In this document: in pieces, positions 58,740-64,000 of the stretch
Layout of the letters: the number at the start of each line of letters is the position of its first letter
Numbering within the stretch: position 1 is the stretch's first letter
Source of the DNA: Candidatus Bathyarchaeia archaeon
GTDB lineage: Archaea; Thermoproteota; Bathyarchaeia; Bathyarchaeales; Bathycorpusculaceae
DNA length: 64,000 nucleotides
NCBI GenBank assembly: GCA_049512075.1
Contig: JBEKXL010000011.1
Coordinates: 9,312 to 73,311, forward strand
Direction: 5' to 3'
The notes under the pieces: model-generated
Told to the model about the DNA's origin: nothing
The model's input: the letters and a program-made list of their open reading frames with translations, nothing else
Database searches by the model: none
Made by a program: the position numbers and the translations under genes

Positions 58740-59459
58740 GTTGCCCTTGGAAGACACAGTACCGAGCAACCTTTAAACAAATAGGCTTGGACTCTTCGGC
58801 ATCTGGCATGATTGTGGTCGGCAACAGCACTGGCAAATCATTCTCTCAATTGCCCTATTCGTTCTGGGTTGATTGCGGGGCCAATATAGTCTATTCATAT
58901 TACAATGTCAGTAGTTCCACCGTGGGAAAAAGGTTCATGCCCGTCAATGTAACCGGTCCCTTACCACCCAAGATTGTGGTTGCTCCCATCTGCGTGACAG
59001 GAAATTACAAGACGCAGTATCTGTTAACGGTTGCTACCAACCCCTCAGATTTGAGTCCTCAACCCACCCGAAGTCTACCAGGCGAACCACAGACCACTAG
59101 CAGCTGGTGGTACGATGCTAACACAACTGTTCTCTTGATTGCACAACAAGTTGACAATTACACGTTCAGCAACTGGGATAATTGATGGCATATCCCAAGG
59201 CGACGCCGTCAATCCCATTTCTGTTCTTATGAATGTTGCAAACACTGCCACGGCTAACTACCAGATTAATTCACCCCCTCAGCCTCCTCCACCGCCGCCA
59301 CCTCCTCCAACAACTGTGGGAGGATTCTCTTACTCATTAGCCAGAAAAGGCTCAGCATCTTCCTTGGAAGTCGCTGCACCACTCCTTATGCTGCTTGGAA
59401 TCGTTCTGTTAGTGACTCGACGCAAATCAAAGAGGCTTCGCCCGCCGGAGGCATTGTAG
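58740..59459 (+). pseudogene. 5'-truncated, frameshifted surface protein with Pro linker, VGG motif and TM anchor
   Basis: WKTQY...GNYKTQYLLTV...WYDANTTV...FSNW, then a frameshift near 59175 to IIDG...ATANY..PPPPPPP..VGG..TM-RRKSKR. Confidence 0.7.
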
Positions 59460-59673
59460 CGAGTGCTAACCAGACGTGGCACGTTTGAAGCGAATGAAAA
59501 AACTTAGACACCAAGAGTCCAAATATCTAGACATTCAAGTCAGCGCGCGCTGTAAACGCTTTACGGAGTGAGCGATAGACGCGCAGCTAATCTGGCCTAG
59601 AATATTGTTACGCAACCTTTAAATCAATTACTTGTTCTTTTAGAAAGTAAGGAGAAAAGGAGCATTGTAAATT

Positions 59674-62412
59674 ATGCTGCGAATAAAATCAGTAATAATG
59701 TTGGCTTTGTTATCTTTAGTGGTTCTCAGCCCAATGTTTATGCTTTCAGCCAGAGCACAGCCAGGAGACAAGCCCACTATCGCTGTCGTGCCAGCAACCA
59801 TTAAGAATTCAGCGTTGACCCCAGGTTCCACATTCGACGTCAACGTCAGCCTGTACAATGCAACGCCAAGCAACGTTCCGCCCGGAATCTTGGGCGTCCA
59901 ATTCGAACTGTCTTGGGACACCGGTTTGATTCAGCCGGTGTCTTTCATAAACAAACTCGGAGCGTCTGACGGAGTCTTGGTGGGATCAATCGTGTACGGC
60001 CAGACCGCCGGTTTCTACGACGGCTCGAACACTCTGATAAGCTCTCCGCCCTATACTAACGCGACAAACTACTTTGTTGCTGCGGCATCCAGTACCGGTC
60101 CATGGTGGGGCAACGGAACCATGGCAACCATCACCTTTAGAGTCCTCGGCGTCGGAAAAACGGGTCTAAATTTGACCGACACAGATATCACTGACTGGGA
60201 CACTAACGAGGTTAGCTACTACACTCTAAGCGGCTCGTTCGACAACACCGTAGCGCCACCACCGCTTTCGGCATCGATAAGTCCAATGTCAACATCTATA
60301 ATGCTTGGCCAGAATGTGAACTTCACTTCGACAGTCAGCGGTGGAGTGCAGCCTTATAGCTACCAATGGTATGCGAACGGAACGAGTGTCCTGGGCGCAA
60401 ACTCTGGCATTTGGGATTTCCTGCCGGCAGCAAGTGGGTCATATTTCATCCACCTCGGTGTTATCGACAATGTTGGAAACACCACTGCCTCTGGTGACGC
60501 TCATGTCACAGTGACACAACCGGCATCTCTCATTGCGTCCATCAGTTCGTCATCAACGACTGCATATGTGGGCCAGATTATGAACCTTGGTTCAACTGTT
60601 GGCGGTGGAGTACCGCCGTACATGTATCAATGGCTCCTAAACGGGAGTCTCATAACGGGCGCTACTTTAGCAAACTATACGTTCTCGCCGACTTCCAGTG
60701 GATCCTACGTGTTTTCCATGAACGTAACAGACTCTTATGGAAGCACTGCACTGTCAAACACGGTTACGATAACGGTTATGCCGCCGTTGACAGCTCCAGC
60801 AATATACATCGACCCGTCACAGATCTTGAACCTTTCCTTGGGGCCGGGCTCATCGTTTTCCATCAACATCACTGTAGCTAACGTCACGAACTTGGGCGGG
60901 TGCATCTTCAACCTAACCTATAACCCGCAAGTGCTGACGTGGATTGGCTTCAACTTTGTCCAAACGCAGGGGCAGTATCCGACGGCAGTGTTTACGGGCA
61001 ACACGATAACAGGATATGCTTGGATAAGCCTTTACTATATGTCTCCGATAACGGTACAGTCGGCACCGCTAACCGTGATGGTCTTCTACGTTAACTCATA
61101 TGGAATTACTCCGCTAAATCTGACAAACACCGAGCTGCTGGATCAATACGGAAACCCCGTAGTGCATAACACCTTCAGCGGAATATTCGGCAACATAATC
61201 AGAGACGTAGCAGTCACAAACGTGGTTCCAGCAGCCAGCTGGGTCTATCAGAATTGGACAGATGCGATAAACGTCACAGTCGCCAACCTTGGAAGCGTAA
61301 CAGAAAACTTCACTGCCAGTGCATGGTACAACAGCTCTCTAATAGGATCGGCGAACGTGTACAATTTAGCTCCGAACGCTAATGCAACGATCTCTTTCAT
61401 CTGGAACACTTCAGGAGTGACCGAGGGCAACTACACCATAACCGGCACAGCATCATACGTGCCGTACGAAACTTACTTCAACACCACAAACAACGTCTAC
61501 GTCGATGGCACAGTCCAAGTCTTAACCACGATACACGACGTTGCCATAACCTACGTCCAGCCGACGATACCATGGGTGTACGCCGGCCAAATAGTGCCGG
61601 TGAACGTCACCGCTGCCAACCTTGGAGACGCGAGCGAAAGCTTCAATGTCACAGCGTACTACAATAGCAACGCAATCAGCACTATTCCGGTCATAAACCT
61701 TCCAAGCGGCACAAGCATCTTCTTGACATTCTACTGGGACACTACGGGAATATCAGCGGAGGGCAGCTACACACTATCCGCATTTGCGTCTTACGTTCCA
61801 TTTGAATACAACACCACAAACAACTATCTGACAGGCGGACAAGAGCTAATATTAACGCAAATAAGAGACGTTGCAATAACGAGCGTGCAGCCTTATCCGC
61901 AAATGTTAAGTCCGATATATAATGTGACTATGGTGGAGGTTTATCCCAACAGAATAGTCACGGTCAACGTGACCGCTGCCAACCTTGGAAACATGACTGA
62001 AACGTTCACTGTAACCGCTTGGATAGACGGAAACATTACTCTGGGCACTCAGACAGTTTCAAACCTTCCACCGCAGAACATGACAATATTGACTTTCTAC
62101 TGGAATCCGACAGGTCAAACGCCCAGTTCCACAGTATTGCACACGGTGTCAGCAAACGCCAGCTTCGTGCCATACGAATACAACACCACGAACAACTACA
62201 TGGCCAGCTCGATTCAAATAATGATTAAGCTGCTTGGGGACATAAACGGAGACGGCAAGGTGAGTCTGAGCGACCTTAGCGCCCTGACAAAGGCTTACAA
62301 AACCACGCCGGGAATGACCAACTGGAATCCAGAAGCAGACATCAACGGCGACGGCATAGTTAACCTACCGGACCTTGTGTCAGTCGCGAAGTACTATGGC
62401 GTGTCATATTAG
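59674..62412 (+). CDS. Secreted scaffold-like protein: cohesin-like, 2 PKD/Ig, cohesin-like, 3 CARDB, dockerin-like
   Basis: PGSTFDVNVSL...FELSWD...GTMATITF; PGSSFSINITVANVTNL...LTYNPQVL; three DVAxT..V.N.G...E.F repeats; GDINGDGKV...ADINGDGIV. Confidence 0.82.
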   Translation: MLRIKSVIMLALLSLVVLSPMFMLSARAQPGDKPTIAVVPATIKNSALTPGSTFDVNVSLYNATPSNVPPGILGVQFELSWDTGLIQPVSFINKLGASDGVLVGSIVYGQTAGFYDGSNTLISSPPYTNATNYFVAAASSTGPWWGNGTMATITFRVLGVGKTGLNLTDTDITDWDTNEVSYYTLSGSFDNTVAPPPLSASISPMSTSIMLGQNVNFTSTVSGGVQPYSYQWYANGTSVLGANSGIWDFLPAASGSYFIHLGVIDNVGNTTASGDAHVTVTQPASLIASISSSSTTAYVGQIMNLGSTVGGGVPPYMYQWLLNGSLITGATLANYTFSPTSSGSYVFSMNVTDSYGSTALSNTVTITVMPPLTAPAIYIDPSQILNLSLGPGSSFSINITVANVTNLGGCIFNLTYNPQVLTWIGFNFVQTQGQYPTAVFTGNTITGYAWISLYYMSPITVQSAPLTVMVFYVNSYGITPLNLTNTELLDQYGNPVVHNTFSGIFGNIIRDVAVTNVVPAASWVYQNWTDAINVTVANLGSVTENFTASAWYNSSLIGSANVYNLAPNANATISFIWNTSGVTEGNYTITGTASYVPYETYFNTTNNVYVDGTVQVLTTIHDVAITYVQPTIPWVYAGQIVPVNVTAANLGDASESFNVTAYYNSNAISTIPVINLPSGTSIFLTFYWDTTGISAEGSYTLSAFASYVPFEYNTTNNYLTGGQELILTQIRDVAITSVQPYPQMLSPIYNVTMVEVYPNRIVTVNVTAANLGNMTETFTVTAWIDGNITLGTQTVSNLPPQNMTILTFYWNPTGQTPSSTVLHTVSANASFVPYEYNTTNNYMASSIQIMIKLLGDINGDGKVSLSDLSALTKAYKTTPGMTNWNPEADINGDGIVNLPDLVSVAKYYGVSY

Positions 62413-63022
62413 GACAAAGCCGCAAAGCTCACAATTTTCCCTTTTTTGCAAACAAAGTTGCTAGACGTCTTTTCGTTCGCACAACCGATAGATTAACATT
62501 GTTTGTGCCATCAGATAAGCTCTTGTTCTTTTCAAGGCGCCACTGGCGTCTTCTTTGCCCGTAGTACTTTCTGTCTTCCTACACGGTTTTGCTCGATTCT
62601 TTGCGCCGAATGCTCCGCGTCTTCCTGAGTACGTGCATGTTCCTCTTTTTCCTGAGAATGTTCAGTGCTGCGCAAGCTTGGACAAACGTCTGATTGGGTT
62701 TAAGCCTGGGGCACCAACCTATGCGCAGATTGCCAAAAAGAACAGTCCGTGAAAGACGGAGGAAAAGACGCGCTCTAGGGTAGGCTCTCGTCCTAGACAT
62801 GTCTATTGGCATTATGACGGGTCTGAGCCAGTCACTGAAGCCTCAGCTCAGATGTTTTGAGGCACGGTGGAAAGGCTGCGAAGGTCAATCAGCCTTTCTT
62901 TCAGTCTGCAGTTCCTCAGGGCATTGTGACATTTGGATGTAGAGGACTATTCCAGAAGCCTTTTAATTAACTGCATGATCTACAATCTGATGGTTGATAG
63001 ACGAGAAGGGAGAAGAAGAAAG

Positions 63023-64000
63023 ATGAAATCAATTAGAGCTATTACTCTTGCTCTTGCTCTTTCGATGCTCATCACACCGATACTAGTCTTGCGTCCAGTG
63101 AGCCTAGTGCAGGCGCAGCCAACCCCTGGCGCACCAGTGTACTTCAGTGTTGAACCAGTTGCCATTTCACCATTAACGGACCTCAACAGCAGCCTCAACG
63201 GTTTGGAAACGCCCGCGACTCCGTCCCCTGTGGGCCAGAATTTCACGGTGGAAATACACTTGAGAGGCGGAACCGCAGATAACGTTCCAAATGGCTGCGC
63301 AGGCGTTGAGGTTCATTTCGACTTCAGCAACATCCTGAACTATTGTAAACCCGTTGGATTTAGTAACCTGCTGACTCAGCCAGGCGGCGTACTAAACGCA
63401 CCGGTTATTTATGCCATTGTCGGCGGCTTTTATAAGGCAGACGGATCTACGTATGTTGCGAGCCCACCTTACACTGGTGCCATGCAATACAGGGTAGCGG
63501 GAAGCACGACAGGGACGCCGTGGAACGCTGCGGACGGTTTGGTAGCAACCATAACCTTCGAAATAATAAAGCAGCCATTGGGCAGTAGTGGCGAGAAAAC
63601 AGTGAACCTCGAGCTAGCGAATTCCTTCACAGATTTGACCGATGGTTTTGCTGCCGAAGTGACTATCGACAATGTTCAGGGAACTTTGACGATCGACGCG
63701 ACGTCACCCCCACCAGGCCAGTACGCTTTGACTGTGAATGTTGTTGGGAGCGGTTCTGTGGCTGAGAATCCTTCCCTTGCCACTTATCCGAGCGGTACTA
63801 GCGTTACTTTGACTGCTACTCCGGCTTCTAGTTGGCTGTTCCAGGGTTGGAGCGGCGACCTGACGGGTTCACAGAATCCGGTGAACATCACTATGAACGC
63901 GAATAAGACTGTTACCGCCACGTTCGTCGTTACGTCGGGGCAACAGTACGCTTTGACTGTGAATGTTGTTGGGAGCGGTTCTGTGGCTGAGAATCCTTCC
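63023..64000 (+). CDS. Secreted protein with cohesin-like domain and InlB-B-like repeats (runs off window; not in ORF track)
   Basis: MKSIRAITLALALS...VGQNFTVEIHL...GLVATITFEI...QYALTVNVVGSGSV...FQGWSGDL; identical nucleotide repeat at 63719 and 63944 (period 225). Confidence 0.82.
   Translation, partial: MKSIRAITLALALSMLITPILVLRPVSLVQAQPTPGAPVYFSVEPVAISPLTDLNSSLNGLETPATPSPVGQNFTVEIHLRGGTADNVPNGCAGVEVHFDFSNILNYCKPVGFSNLLTQPGGVLNAPVIYAIVGGFYKADGSTYVASPPYTGAMQYRVAGSTTGTPWNAADGLVATITFEIIKQPLGSSGEKTVNLELANSFTDLTDGFAAEVTIDNVQGTLTIDATSPPPGQYALTVNVVGSGSVAENPSLATYPSGTSVTLTATPASSWLFQGWSGDLTGSQNPVNITMNANKTVTATFVVTSGQQYALTVNVVGSGSVAENPS

Noticed and set aside
62413-63022. Short ORFs in the spacer between the two cohesin-like genes
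   Set aside because: No recognisable motifs or start signals; left unannotated.

Overview
This is an archaeal chromosomal window, most likely from a Bathyarchaeia-like TACK lineage. That call is inferred from TFB, aIF1/SUI1, EgsA, PsmB-aCPSF1, SepF, SmAP-L37e, an eL22-like protein, Mre11-Rad50, an ATP-dependent ligase, and many CARDB/dockerin and PEF-type surface proteins. Core-gene blocks (about 0.8-5.2 kb, 19.2-26.5 kb, 43-58.4 kb) alternate with accessory regions (5.3-19 kb, 26.6-43 kb, 58.5-64 kb). The accessory regions carry secreted and surface proteins, GNATs, a tyrosine recombinase and many gene scraps. Main observations: (1) 23 alternating (GC)n tracts of at least 8 nt, nearly all intergenic, several at the breakpoints of orphan gene fragments (GatE-like, EamA-like, wHTH, RHH, integrase tail); (2) a tyrosine recombinase with cassette-like neighbours and shared repeats; (3) successive A-free, G-free and T-free tracts beside it; (4) a tRNA-Gln(UUG) with a BHB intron at non-canonical position 10/11; (5) a cohesin/dockerin-like extracellular protein set; (6) an exo/archaeosortase-like protein lacking its catalytic Cys and His. 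No CRISPR array, rRNA or IS transposase was seen. All family assignments are by eye from motifs, not database searches.
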